Below, one piece after another: positions 13,915 to 27,771 of a stretch of 64,000 bases of DNA (the stretch's first letter is position 1; each line of letters begins with the position of its first letter). The notes below the pieces were generated by a model, which was not told the origin of the DNA, did no database searches, and saw nothing but the letters and a program-made list of their open reading frames with translations. Location: NCBI GenBank assembly GCA_951406725.2, contig OX597831.1:82770001-82834000 (forward strand), read 5' to 3'. The stretch comes from Octopus vulgaris (lineage: Eukaryota). Made by a program: the position numbers and the translations under genes.

Positions 13915-14994
13915 CATACCATCATTTTTCTCTCATTGAGCTGTTTTTGTCAGTTCCAAGAACAGATTATTCGTTTCCACCCACTACAAAATCTCCTGAA
14001 AGGTTATGGAGAGACTCTCAGGAAACAGCCATAGAGACAGACTAAAGGAAACAGTGCAAGTCTTTTACAGAAAGCAAATGGTTTTGGCAGGGTGGGTGGA
14101 GTTGGTGAAAGTACCACCATAGCAACTGTTGGAACTTGTTAAGTTTGGGTAAATGGAAAAGGAATGAGCTGCCATTTGGTTGAATGCTCCTGTGTCATTA
14201 GGTGCTGCTGCTGCCACCTGTGCAGACTTTGGAAAACAATTTAGTTCTAGAAGCAAGTTAAGTTCTAGTGAACTCTAAAGGTCATCTAAGTACAATCAAC
14301 GGAACGAGGTAGCAGCAGCAGCAGCAGTAGTAGCAGTAGTAGCAGTAGTAGTAGTAGTAGCTGCGTCCACCATTTGTTGGTGATTCCCTACTCCTCCTGT
14401 GGAACAATGCCTCGGCACAACTCAGGCGACAACCCTTCAACTGATGGGTCTGCTGCGTAGTTGTTGCTCGTGACGGTTTTATGAGGTCAGAGTGCAAATC
14501 CAGCCTCAACCTCTTCTATGTCACCTTTTATGACAGAGGAACTTTGAATTTCTGCAGGTTGATATGCTTAAAGTTGAAATGGACAGGGAGAAAGTTCCAG
14601 AAGGCTGAATTTCCAGAGGGAAAAGATTAGAGAAAAATGTTTTCTGAAGGATATGGAGAAGGAGAAAAACCTAGATAAATAATGAAGGGTGGTGCATTAG
14701 ATGGACTGCAAAGGGGTTTGTATAGAAATAAATGTGCCAAAAGGAGAAGAAAGAGGGAGAAAAGGAGCAGTGGAAAATTTAGATATGAGATCTAAGTAAA
14801 TGTGTGGCACCAACAGTTGTAATGTACGGGTGGCAGATGAGGGTTGTTAAAGCCACCGTGAAACAAGGAAGGAAGTTTTTAAGAACAGACACCTTTGAAA
14901 TGAATCAAACCACATCCACAGCAGAGTTATTATTGTATGGCACTTGTGCCAGTGTGCAGGTGACACGTAAAATAAAAATAAACGATTTTTTTGG

Positions 14995-15220
14995 TGGCCA
15001 TTGCCAGTACCGCCTGACTGGCCCTCGTGCCGGTGGCATGTAAAAGCACCCACTACAATCTCAGAGTGGTTGGCATTAGGAAGAGCATCCAGCTGTAGAA
15101 ACTCTGCCAGATCAGATTGGAGCCTGGTGCAGCATTCTGGTTCACCAGTCCTCAGTCAAATCGTCCAACCCATGCCAGCATGGAAAGCAGACATTAAATG
15201 AGGATGATGATGATGATGCT
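14995..15220 (+). mobile_element. RTE-type 3' tail fragment
   Basis: gtaaaagcacccactac...ttggcattaggaagagcatccagctgtagaaac...catggaaagcagacattaaa followed by (TGA)n. Confidence 0.8.
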
Positions 15221-15847
15221 GTAAGCACAGCATTCTTTTAGCAGTAAGTTTACCTTTGTCTAGAATTGATTTTGAATTAGAGAAGTGGTGAGGCATCAGA
15301 CACCTGTGATGCTGTGATGAATGTGTGTTCCAATGAGACATTGCTGGGAAGGATGTTGTGAAGTTGGCAGAAAGTTATACAAATATATTAAGCAAGGAAA
15401 TGTGCTTTAGGTTTGGGGTTACACAAAATCTGATGTTGTTTTTATGACATGTTACCAAGCAACAATTCAACAAATAAAAGTAGCTTTATAAAGTAATATT
15501 AGGGAGTCACATCCCACAGGGATTTTATAAAGATAATTAGGGGTCACATCACACAGGGGTAATTATAAAGGTAAGTAGGGGGCCACAACACACAGGTGTT
15601 ATATAAAATAGTCTTAGAGGTCATTTCAGAGAGGTGATGTATAAAGAAAGGTCACTCAATGAGAGGAGGTATGTGTAAGGGAACAAAGCAAAAAGCATGA
15701 CAACAACAACAGCAACAACAATAATAATATACAATGATATAATATGGAAATAAAAACCTACTTTTATAATTTTGGCAACATTAATTGGCTGAACTTGCCA
15801 AAAAATGTCTGATTGTGTATGTGAGTTTGTATGTGTGTGTATGTGTG

Positions 15848-15898
<51 letters not shown>

Positions 15899-17112
15899 AT
15901 AGGCAAGAGAAAGGTTGTAATGTCAATAGGTAAGTACATGTATTTGAAATGTTTTCCTATAAAATTGTACACCAAGACAGCCATAGCCATGTTAGCTAAA
16001 AGAAACACAAAACTAATAGGAAATCAAGTTAAAAGCAGTGAAAATACAGGGAACCAGTTCAAATGTGGAACTGATTGAGGACTGCTGAGAGAGGTTTGTG
16101 AGCCATTGTAGTATCATACCTGAGTTACCATGGTAGCAGAAAATAAGGACTGGAGTGAAATACCTAGGGGTGCCTGCTGCATGGATTATAAACAGTATAG
16201 TTGATGCTAATATACTTAATATAAGGAGCAAAGAATTTTTGATTTAATTAATATTACAGTAATAATGAGGGAAAATAATTATTAGTTTAATAATTATAAG
16301 CTAGACAAACAGGGAGAGGCAAGCTAGAGGCATTACCAGGTTCTATGACTGCTTTGGCAGGGTTTCCATAGCTGGAAATTGAAAGGTAAGGCGGGAGGGG
16401 CAGGGACACATTAGTCCTCACAAGTCACAGGTGGTTAGGATTCATGTGAATGACCACAGCAGTGTGGTTTGTTTAGTGCTGGGTTCAATTTCATGTGTAG
16501 CTTTGGTAGAGAGAGCAGAGATGCTGGGGCATAAAATGGTGACAGGATTGAAACTATGGTAATTACTGCAATCTACAAATTGTACCTTTTGAAGAATGGA
16601 GAGAGAGAGAAAAGAAGTGGGTGTGTGCAAGAAAAATGGAGAGAGAGAACGAATATGAGAGGGAGGGAGAGTGAATATGAGAGAGGGAGAGAGAGAGTGT
16701 GTGAGACAGAGAGTGTGTGAGAGAGAGAAAGAAAGAAAGTGGATGTGTGTGAGAAACAGAGAGAGAAAGTGTGTGTGTGTAAATAGATACTAGAAACTGG
16801 GCTCAGGTAAATAAGTGCTGGGATTAACAAAGAGAGCTTCAGAGAGAAGGATCAATGCATTAAATGGGGTTGGAGAGTGGAGAGGATTCTAAAGTGTTGC
16901 AGGGGAAAATAAAGGTTTTCTTGAAGAGACAAGAACACCAATTAAGACTAAACAATTATTTGTATACACTGGAATCAACCATTCTTTAGCACCAATCCAC
17001 ATTGTGTCATTTAGTTCTTGTTGTTGTTCCTAAAGTTCTTATATTGTTCTTCAATTTATTTCACTTGTTCTCAATCCAAACAATAAAAGCAGGCTTTTAC
17101 ACACACAAACAG

Positions 17113-17150
<38 letters not shown>

Positions 17151-17635
17151 ATTCTAAATGGTAATGTTTATGCTTATTCTTTAGAAGTAATATCCTTCAG
17201 CAGACTGAACAAGGTTCCAAATAGGGATAAGAATGGCATCAACAGCAGAAGTTTAATTAGATTTTAAAGAGATTATTACTGTGTTGCAAGGAAAGAACAA
17301 TTATTCTTGATTTCTTGAGATTCTGGTTCCGTCTGTGTGTGAGGAAAGGAGGAACAGAGATTTTAGAAGCCTACAGAATTGGCAGCTGATGTGTGTGTGT
17401 GGATTGAACACACATCCACACACACATGTGTTCTATGCTGGTATAGAAAACTGGGTGTTAAATGAACATGTATATTGATATATTTATATTTTGTTACATT
17501 ATATATATATATATATATATATATATCTCATCAACATCGTTTAACATCCATTTTCCATGCTAGAATGGGTTAGACGGTTTATATATATATATATGTATAT
17601 ACATATATATGTAATATATATATATATTATACATA

Positions 17636-17670
<35 letters not shown>

Positions 17671-17729
17671 TATTACATACATATATTACACATATGTATA
17701 TATATATATTACACACACACACATATATA

Positions 17730-18100
17730 TCAACATCGTTTAACGTCCGCTTTCCAAGCTGGCATGGGTTGGACGGTTTGACTGAGGACTGGTGAGCCAG
17801 AGGCTGTACCAGGCTCAATCTGATCTGGCAAAGTTTCTACAGCTGGATGCCCTTCCTAATGCCAACCACTCCAAGAGTGCAGTGGGTGATTTTTAAATGT
17901 ATGTAAATATACCACCGTCATCATTTAACATCTCTCTTCGCTGCTGGCAAGGACTAGACAGATTGACATAATCTAGAAAGCCATAAGGCCACGCTGAGCT
18001 CTAATGTCAGCTTTGGCATCGAAACTTTTGATGGGTTCCCTCCCTAATGTCAACCACTTTAAAGAGTGGACTAAGTGTTTATTTTGTGCTGCCAGCACTA
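17730..18100 (-). mobile_element. Two adjacent RTE-type 3' tail fragments
   Basis: Same tail motif reversed, at 17730-17895 and more decayed at 17915-18100. Confidence 0.75.
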
Positions 18101-18719
18101 GCGAGGTTGCCAAATAATTTGTAAGGCAAGAAAAGGAACAGAAAGAAGCAAAAAATAAAGAGGGGCGAAAGGAAAAGATTGGAAAAGCTGCCTTGAGTAT
18201 ATGGCGGGGTTAGCATTTGAGAGGTGTTGAGAAACTAGAGTGCGAAAGAGGAAGGATCCCTGATGGATTGTAACAGAAATACGAAACTGTGGAGGTTGGA
18301 AAGTAGGAAAGAAGAGTGAAGAGAAGCATCTCAAGATAGAGTGGATTGCAGGGAGAAGATGGGGGTAGAGGTGCAAGGTGGAAGATAGAGGAGTGATTCA
18401 GGGGAAAGGGGTGAGGGTAGACATGAAAGGGCACTGAGAATGAGAGCAGGTAAGGGAGATGTTATGGGCAGAGTGTGGCAGAGGAGAGCAATGGCTGAAA
18501 GTACAGAAAGAAGGTGATTGGTGGAAATGGGGGGGAAGTGGTTATGGGGAGTGGGGGTAGGATGTAATGTGCCTATTTGGCTCTCAGGTGATAACAACAT
18601 TAGTGAAGTACCTTAGATAGAGAAGCAATGGGTGTTAGAGAATGAAGAAAGAGGGAAATGCTTGACAGGACAGAGAGAGAGAGAGAGAGAGAGAGAGAAA
18701 GTGTCCCACATGTACACGC

Positions 18720-19975
18720 ATAACGAAGGTGGGTTTAGGACATCATTTCTGCTGTGAAGGGCAGGTGTTCTCAAGCGCAGCAAACCAGAAATCCTCCCAG
18801 TCCTTTGTCTTCTGTAAGGTCCAGCATTTTGAGATCAGCTTTTACCACTTTGTCCCATGTTTTCCTGGCTGTGTCCAATTCCTTTTATAATTTTCCTCTC
18901 AATGCATTTTCACTTTGTCATTCATGCACACTGACATTGCACACATACATGCATACTGATGTCCAAAGGAGCATACTAGCTTCATTCCTATCTAGTCCTT
19001 ACATGTTCTCTGCATTTAGAAACCATGTCTCACTACCATGTAGCATTGTTGTACATGCAAAAGAGAAAATAAAATACAATCTATCTTTCAATTGAGGGGA
19101 GAGAGACAGAGAGACAGAGAGAGAGACAGACAGACAGACCTTTTTGTTACCAATAGAGATAACAGCTCTGAATTATCTCCATCCTATTCTTATTCTAACA
19201 GCTATATTTCCAAAATTCCCTCCGTTATTTCTAATTAGGTCACTCAACAGAAACTACCTCCAAGGCATTTAAGAAAAGCAATTCCCCAAGTGCCTCTAGT
19301 CCCTATTGGTTCCTCTACATCTTCCATATTTACTTCTTACATGTCCATAGCATGCATTGGATACATTGTCTGCAATTCCGGCTTCACCTTTCCTACATAT
19401 TGAGCAGGGCTGCTTATTTGACAGGAAGAGAGTCATATCTATTTTCTTGTTTGTTACAACTCTGGTTTTTGAGAGGCTAACTTTAAGGCCCTTTGATTCC
19501 AGGTTTTGCTTCCGTACCAGGGAATTTCTTTTACAATTCTGCTATAGATCCTGATTATAAACAAATGGTAGACCCTAAAGGCAGCTCGTCTTAAATTCCT
19601 CAGTTATGGTCTGGATTACTGTTGAGGGACTGAGTACTGAACCCTGATGATCTCCTACTTGTACATTTACTACATTGTTGTACTCCTGTCTGACTCTCAC
19701 CTTACTGACAGCACCCCTGTACAGAGCTTGTATGGCTCTCACAAGCCATTCATCTACCTCACAGACTTCCTCAGAAATAACCTGATCACAGAGTGATGGA
19801 CTCAGTCAAAGGCTGTCTTCAAGCCAACAAGCATCATATACCACTGTTGACTTTTAGCTAGAAACTTCTGCTCTAGTTTTCTCAACGGGAAATGAGCATC
19901 AGTAGGGCTTCTCCCAAAAACCAAGCTGCATCTCATTGAGTCTAACCCTGTTTCTTATTAATTGAGCAATAACTC
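18720..19975 (-). mobile_element. Decayed RTE LINE (RT and C-terminal pieces)
   Basis: Minus-strand remnants include MLHGSETW and GRSPTDAHF...LKTAFD (RT subdomains). Many stops and indels. Confidence 0.75.
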
Positions 19976-20141
19976 AAATACATACATATACACATACATG
20001 CATGCATACACATGTTATGGTTAAATATCCGACATGATTCCCATCTCTTTCTCACACGGATACCAATAGCAATCTCCGAGATCCAATTTTTCTGCTATAT
20101 TTCTTTTTTAAGTTTCTTGTATTATGCTTTCTTTCCTTCAG

Positions 20142-20229
20142 GCACTGAAGAGTACGTTGATATTTCATTAATTTAATTCAACTATGAATGTATATCATTA
20201 TTATATCTATGTACAAAATGATTGTCTGC
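20142..20229 (+). ncRNA. Decayed minimal hammerhead ribozyme with extended stem II
   Basis: GCA | CTGAAGA | GTACGTTGATAT...ATATCTATGTAC | AAAA | TGATTG | TC | TGC. Reverting three CpG-type transitions restores GAAA-CGATCG-TC. Confidence 0.55.
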
Positions 20230-20340
20230 AAGAATTAAACTTCTTAGGAATTTTAACAACTTGTCTCCTCCATTTTTAATGAAATTGATGGGATTTATGG
20301 AACTTCATTCCATAAATTCACCATACATTATAATATATAT

Positions 20341-20392
<52 letters not shown>

Positions 20393-21391
20393 TTATATAC
20401 ATACATACATACATACATAACATATACATGATTGGTGCAAGCATGGTTCTGAGAGAAGGCCATTGTATGTATATATGTTTGTATGTATATATATATGAAT
20501 GTGTGTGTGTTTATGTTTGCTGCCCATCACCACTCGGCAACTGGTGTTGATTTGTGTGTGTGTGTGTGTATCTTTTATGTCAATCTCAGCCTCATTCTTT
20601 GGCTTGTGCTTGTCTCATTGACCCCAGAAGAATGAAAGACAAATTTGACTCAAACAAGATTTGAACTTGTAAACATGAAATGAAATAACTCAAGTCACAC
20701 TTTCTCAACGCTCTACTGATTCTGCCATCAATTATTGATGATGATGATGATGGTAGTGGTGGTGGTGGTGGTGGTGGTGGTAAGATGAATCATACAAAAC
20801 CTTTTTGGCAAGAGAATTAAGAAATCCATATAAACTGTTGATTAATTCTGAGATGTTCACATCAAAGATGGAGACAAGTACCAACACCCCATGCGGTAGG
20901 CTTGATAATTACTGAGAAATCTCTCTCAGCATGAAACCAATGGTAGTCTTGTTAATAAAGAATATTTACCATTCGATGTGGTGTTGAGCTTTTATTCTCA
21001 CTGCTTGATATTAGTGACAAAATATTAGTGTATATAAGATTGCATGTATGTATAATAAACATACTTTTAACTTGACTGGGTAAATAAAACTATATCATCC
21101 TACTCCCTCTCCTTCACACACTCTCCCTCCCTCCCTCCCTCTCACACACTTTCTAGCCCTGTCTCCCTCTCCCTCTCTCTCTCTCAAACTGAAGGACAAC
21201 TCAACTAAGTTTCACCTGGTCTTTGCCAACTCATCAAGATTGTTTACTTCCTCTGTTTTAATAAGAGAAAGGATATTTACAACTACTTATGAAAAATGTG
21301 ATGAGTAGCATACATTGCTCTGACTTGTTTATGAATCAGTATATTCATTATTGGTGTGTTTTTTAATAATTTTCTACATTAGCTGAGACAG

Positions 21392-21442
<51 letters not shown>

Positions 21443-21579
21443 TACTTGTAAATTGGTTTACAAGTTTATATTTAATGAAGATGATTAAATGTCAGTGTAC
21501 AAATATATACCTGCATCCCGTTTAATCATTGTTTACTCTGGTTTGCAAAGCCATTAAAGATATGTTTATTAAAAATGAA

Positions 21580-21953
21580 CAGGAGTTAATGTGTGGTAAG
21601 TAGCTTGCTTGCCAACCACATGGTTCCAGGTTCAGTCCTACTGCATGGCACTTTGGGCAAGTGTCTTCTACTATAGCCTTGTGAGTGGATTTGGTAGATG
21701 GAAACTGAAAGAAGCCCATCATATATGTATGTGTGTGCATATGTTTGTGTGTCTGTGTTTGTCCCCCCAACATCACTTGACAACTGATGCTGGTGTGTTT
21801 ACATCCCCGTAACTTAGCAGTTCAGCAAAAGAGACTGGTAGAATAAGTACTAGGCTTACAAAAAATAAGTCCTGGGGTTGATTTGCTTGAATAAAGGCAG
21901 TGCTCCAGCATGGCCACAGTCAAATGACTGAAACAAGTAAAAGAATAAAAGAA
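21580..21953 (+). mobile_element. tRNA-derived CORE-like SINE
   Basis: Colinear with 11211-11597 along its full length. Confidence 0.9.
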
Positions 21954-22594
21954 TCAAATATTTTAACTATAAACACCTGTACAGAATTTTTACATCCAGC
22001 ACTAATTACCCCTAGGTAAGTGTTATTCTACCCTTCAATGTTTATTCACAAAACTCTAAACATTCCTGATTATTCTCTGATCCAACATTCTGAGTTCCGC
22101 TTCATGTCTCTAAGAAGGTCGAATAAGGCAGAAACATGCTCACAGTTGTCTCCTCAATCTTAAACAACACCGTTTTGTATTTACTATTAGATATTTGGGT
22201 TGTCTCCCCTGTTACTCTTTTCTTTTGGTTTTTTTCTTTTTTTTTTGATCAGATTAAGAAAATATAGTTTCCACCATGAACGTTGTTGTTTTAATTAACT
22301 GGAATTTCTTAGTGTTTGACGTTATGTATACTAGCATACACATTACTGTACAAACACACACACACACAAACATATACACACATACAGACACACAAACACA
22401 CACACACACACACTGTAGTTCTTATATTACACACAAACATTACGTATAGTTGTTGTAATGTAATGTAATCCCGTGTTAAGAATGTAATGTTACATACATG
22501 GAGAGAGAGAGAGGGAGAGAGAGGGGAGAGAGAGAGGAGAGAGGGAGAGAGAGAGGAGAGAGAGAGAGAGATAGATAGACAGACCAACAGAGAT

Positions 22595-22634
<40 letters not shown>

Positions 22635-23072
22635 ACACACACACACACATGCTTGATATTTTCTCTACTGATATGCAACACAGCCCATCAGATAACATTC
22701 TCCTGCGTGTGCGCACACACACACACACTCACATTGTTAAACATACTTGTAATTGAATATATACACTCACAGCATTATACATACTAAAACTATGCCAAAA
22801 GAAACTGTTACGTATACTCACACACACAAAATGTGCAATGTTATACACATACATTTAGAGTCCTTGTTGCACACACATACATATACACTCACATACATAC
22901 ATAAGAACACACACATATACGCAAGATATTTCTAATGATAAGTTGGGTGAGAAGCAGTGAGTGACAGGGTGGGGGAAGAGAAACCAGGGTGCTAATGTCT
23001 TACTCTCAAACTTAGTGATATTTTTCAATAAAGGAAAAGATGAAAATGTATAAAATGAATGGTTGAGCAACA

Positions 23073-23313
23073 ATAGAGAGCACCTGCCCTCAATGAGTGA
23101 GGATAGAGAGCACATGCCCTCAACGAGTAAGGATAGAGAGCACCTGCCCTCAGTGAATGAGAATAGTGAGCACCTGCCCTCAATGAGTGAGGATTGTGAG
23201 CAACTGCCCTCAATGAGTGAGGATAGAGAGCACCTGCCCTCAATGAGTGAGGATAGAGAGCACCTGCCCTCAACGAGTGAGGATAGTGAGCACCTGCTTT
23301 CAACGAGTAAGGA
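23073..23313. repeat. Minisatellite, 30-bp unit x8
   Basis: Unit atagagagcacctgccctcaatgagtgagg. Produces the (SEDREHLPSM)n and (HSLRAGALYP)n ORFs. Confidence 0.95.
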
Positions 23314-25086
23314 CAGGTGGTATCTTATGCGTGGATCTAATAAATGAAGCTATGTGAGAGTATGGAGAAAGGTGAGAATATCTCATAGTTAATGTGTGGA
23401 ATACTCTGAAAGTGAAGAAGCAATCAAGTCGAACTAAACTCCCAGACTAATATTCGGACACACATGATTAAGCAATCACTGAAAACATCAGAATCAGCAG
23501 AGGGCAGCAACTCAAGGAATCCTAGTAGAAAGTTCTGTTGTATTTGCATTTCTTACATCCAAAGCAACATTAATAGGAAATATGAACTTTCAGACTGCTG
23601 ACTCAGACCAGGCTGGAGCACACCAGCATGTATTTAAACTGCTGCTTGAAGTGGTGGTGGTGGTGGTGGACATCAATTCAAAACTTAAGGGTCAACTGAA
23701 TTATAACTGGAATGTAATCAGTCAAATATAATTAGCTGACCTTTTACTGAAATCAGTTTTACCTAATCAGCTGTTCTTATAATTTACCATTAATTAAATA
23801 CTTGAACAATTAACATCTTTATTTCTAAACATTTACATGAAAGACCTGATATTTTGTCTGGGGTATTATTGCGATGAATTTTGGATGTTACATCACTGGA
23901 TAAAGTGGTCAAACCTTCCTACAGGCAAAATAAATAACCTCTGTATGCCTGGCTGACAAACAGGTGACACTCTAGATGCCAGTTGCCTTCTTTTGCCAGT
24001 AGGGAAAGGGCATGGATGGATGTAAAAACATTAGTTTCATCTGAAATATAAATGTTGAGATTTACATAAACTTCCAGTATTGTAGCAAAACCAGTTTGTG
24101 TATCTATCCATTTATCTATCTTTCTGTCTGTCTGTCTGTCTCTATCTGTACACACACACACACACATGCAACATACACACACACGCATACACATACACAC
24201 AACATATACATTCACACATATACATACACGCAGCAGTTTAAATACAGAAACGATAATTAAGATAATAATAGTAATAATTAATACAAATAATGATGGTAAG
24301 AAAAATACAGTTAGGCTTAAGATACAAGTTGAAGGTAACATGTGGGATAGACAGATATAGTCACATGTGGGAAACAGATGTGGGACAAATGGAGCAGATA
24401 GGAAATTGTTCAAGTTGAAAATAACAAGGTTGCTTCTACTTGGAAAGTCAACTTGCAAGATATAACAGCTAAATCTTCTTTAAACTGCATATATTGTCTT
24501 AAAAAAGGGAAGGAAGGACACATCAAAAAATGTAGATCCAGATAGACTATAGCAGAGTAATAAAATATGTGATAGCTGGCATGATTCTGATGCCATGTCT
24601 ACTGGATCGAGATCAACCCGGGGCTGAACAACAAGAACAACTAATATAACTAAATGTCCAGGTGAAACAGAAAACACACAAATGAGGTATGTGGTGGGGG
24701 GTCAGTAAACAAAGGAATCCTTAATTTCTGAATTAGCACAATATAAAATGAACTGAAGAGAGTGTGTGACATTCATGCATTTCTTAAGAATAAAAAAAAT
24801 TTGTGTGAAATTAGCTTCAAGTTGGAATCGAAAGTAACCTACACCCAGCAAAATGACCCGGAGACATTGTTTCAGAAGTCCTAATTGATACAGGCCTGAT
24901 TCTGCAGAGCAGCCGAGACGTAAACATTGCTTTTATAAAGTCCTCACTTTCTACAAGCCACCCCATACACAGTGACCCAAGAGTTAATCACTTGCTTTCA
25001 AACTTTATGGGTTTCTTCTTTTCATTATAAACAAATTAGACAAGTACAACCATCATCATCATCATCAACAACAATAACAACAACAA

Positions 25087-25298
25087 GATAACAAACTTCT
25101 ACGTACCCAACACTGATGATTATACATCTCATAGTTATAATCCCGACGAGGATTTCCTGGATAAATCCATCCGTAAAGTTTTAAATCATTTTTTTGCCTG
25201 ACAGGAGTAGCAGGGTGACATTGCACAATCCGCTGGGGGGAATACCCCAACTTGAAGCCTTCCAGACTATCCGGGCGTTTTTTGGGTTTACAGGCCAT
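25087..25298 (-). CDS. Candidate coding exon of an unidentified gene (MACKPKKRP...MYNHQCW)
   Basis: Non-repetitive and CpG-retaining; ctacag|GA-ATG upstream and TGG|GTACGT donor downstream. No recognised homology and the pyrimidine tract is weak. Confidence 0.25.
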
Positions 25299-25826
25299 TC
25301 CTGTAGAAGTTTTTTTTTTTTTTGCTTTCCTTTTTTTCTCCTGTTATTTTGTAATTTGTTCAAGAGAATGTGAGAAGCGAAGTTTTATCACTTTTTTATC
25401 TTTCATCAATAAATTAAAGTTGTTCAACATAATTAAGCAATTGAAATAATTAAAATATCCCACAACATCCAAAACAGAATGGGTTTTATTGGAGTTGTTG
25501 TAATGACACCGAAACTCTTGTAATATTCTATAAGTTTGGTGAGCAGTCAGCAACACTTCAAAATAGAAACTGCTTTAACTTTCTACAACTTGCAATTATT
25601 CTCTCCCTCATTGCTTTTGTTTCTCATTCTTCTTCTACTTGTTGTTGCTGTTGTTGTCATTTAACTTTCTTTTCCCGATATTTGTTTGTTTGTGACATGT
25701 TTTTGACGTGTTTTTTAAAACTTTCTTTTTTTGCTTTCTTTAAACTTTTAAAAGATGGAAATTCCATCAGAACCAGGATAGGACGGAAGAATTGCATAGA
25801 TTGAAAGACACTGTTTTATAATATTG

Positions 25827-25881
<55 letters not shown>

Positions 25882-26757
25882 TGATGATGATGATGATGAT
25901 GATAACTGAGGATAAAATCAAAGAAAATAACAATAATAATTGAAATAACAATAATAATGATATGAGGGGGGATTAAATAACAAGAGTAAATATCAACAAC
26001 ACAGAACAATTTCTGAGAAAATAATGAAGTGTTGATGATGATGATGATGAGGATGAGGATGGTGGCATCAGTGGTGTTTGATTAAGGGGAGGAGGAGGAG
26101 GGGTAATTCAAGAGGGGAACATCACAGTCAAAGTGTCCAACAATACAACATAAATACTTTCTAACTCAACTTCTATCTTTCTTCTCTTCTCTTCTCTCTC
26201 TCTCTCTTTCTCTCTCTCCACAAACAAAAGACCTCACTACCACCACCACCACCGACAACAACAATAGGAGAATGTGGTGGATGTTGCTGTTGTTGTTATA
26301 TACAGTTTTGATTGTATTAATGGTGTTCACAGAGCAGGTTTGGTTGAAATCGGAAACCTCTTAAAACATTAAAACACCTTAATTTAGTTTTAGTTTCTTT
26401 TTTGTTGTTGTTGTTGTTTTGGTACCTGAGTGAAAAAGTTGTTTTTTTTTTAACAAAGAAACATTTTTGTTTAAAGTGAAAACAAACAAATCTACAAATG
26501 AATTTATAGCTTGTAATTAAACCCACCTATATACATACATAGACATACTTAGATAAACATATACATACATATATATATAAATGTGTACACTCATTTATAT
26601 TTGATATCTATCACAGGCACACACACACACACATGCAGGCACACATAAGATCAAAGCTAAAGGTAAATATTTCAGGGAAAGAATTGTGGAGGAGAAATAT
26701 ATTAAGAATAAAGTTGAGCAAGAATTTAGTAAAGTAAAAGATTTGATGAGATATACA

Positions 26758-26795
<38 letters not shown>

Positions 26796-27339
26796 TTATG
26801 TATGTATGTATATATATATATATATACACACACACTCTACAATTAAATTCCAATATACTTATTTACACAAAAGTTGTATTTGTTATATATTTCTCTTGTG
26901 ATTATTTAATTTTAAAAAGTGAGGCACCACAGAGATACACATTTATTCCAAAACCCAGTCTTCAATTGGGACGTTATCAAATTATCAGATGCGATGGGTG
27001 ATGGGGAAGGAGGGAGAAAAAACTTCTATCACAGCTCTAGTAGTAGTAGTAGTAGTAGTAACAGTAAGTTTGAAAGTTAGTTATAACTTGGTGTTTGGGA
27101 AGTCTACATTGGCAGTAGATTATGGAGTCTGAGATTAATGCCATGCCATCTGACAGACAAAGACAGTGCCAAGTTTACACACCAAAAAGTAGAAAAAATA
27201 ACATGGAAAAAGTGAGTAAGACATTAATATGAACAACGTCTTTTGTTAGCGATAAAGATAGAGAGATAAGAAGGAAGAAGAGGAGAGAATAATAAGAGAG
27301 AGCATTGCTACTTGTGTTCACAGGTAACACCAGGTCAGC

Positions 27340-27510
27340 ACAAACCACTGGTCACTTACACAGATTTGTCTTGGATTGGAGGGGTCAAATGATGACCCCC
27401 CCACCTCCACAGTGACCAAATAAGAAAGGGGTGGTGGTAGTCAGATGGTGGCAGGGATGAGTCGGTGTGGGGACTGTCATAAGTATTTAAAGGAGATATA
27501 TTTATAAGAG
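27340..27510. promoter_or_regulatory. Candidate Pol II core/proximal promoter
   Basis: Minus-strand TATAAATA (5' T at 27506) lies 31 nt from an Inr-like aCAGTC (A at 27475), with a GTAAGT donor at 27359. Also ATTGG, a GGGGTCA-n5-TGACCCC palindrome, a near-CArG CCAAATAAGA and a + strand TATTTAAA at 27484. Confidence 0.35.
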
Positions 27511-27571
27511 GATTATGTGGAGAGTAAGGGGAAGGCGAAGGAGAGCAAATGTATTTAATAATAATAATAAC

Positions 27572-27617
<46 letters not shown>

Positions 27618-27735
27618 GTAATAATAATAATAATAATAACAACAACAAAGGAGTTGCCTGCTTGGTCTTTTCTCTTTTTTTCTTAAAACAGCAAGAACAG
27701 CAGCAATAGTAGTAGTAATAGTAGTAGTAGTAGTA

Positions 27736-27771
<36 letters not shown>

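Noticed and set aside
23073-23313. CRISPR-like periodicity
   Set aside because: The units are contiguous with no unique spacers, the context is eukaryotic and there are no cas genes.
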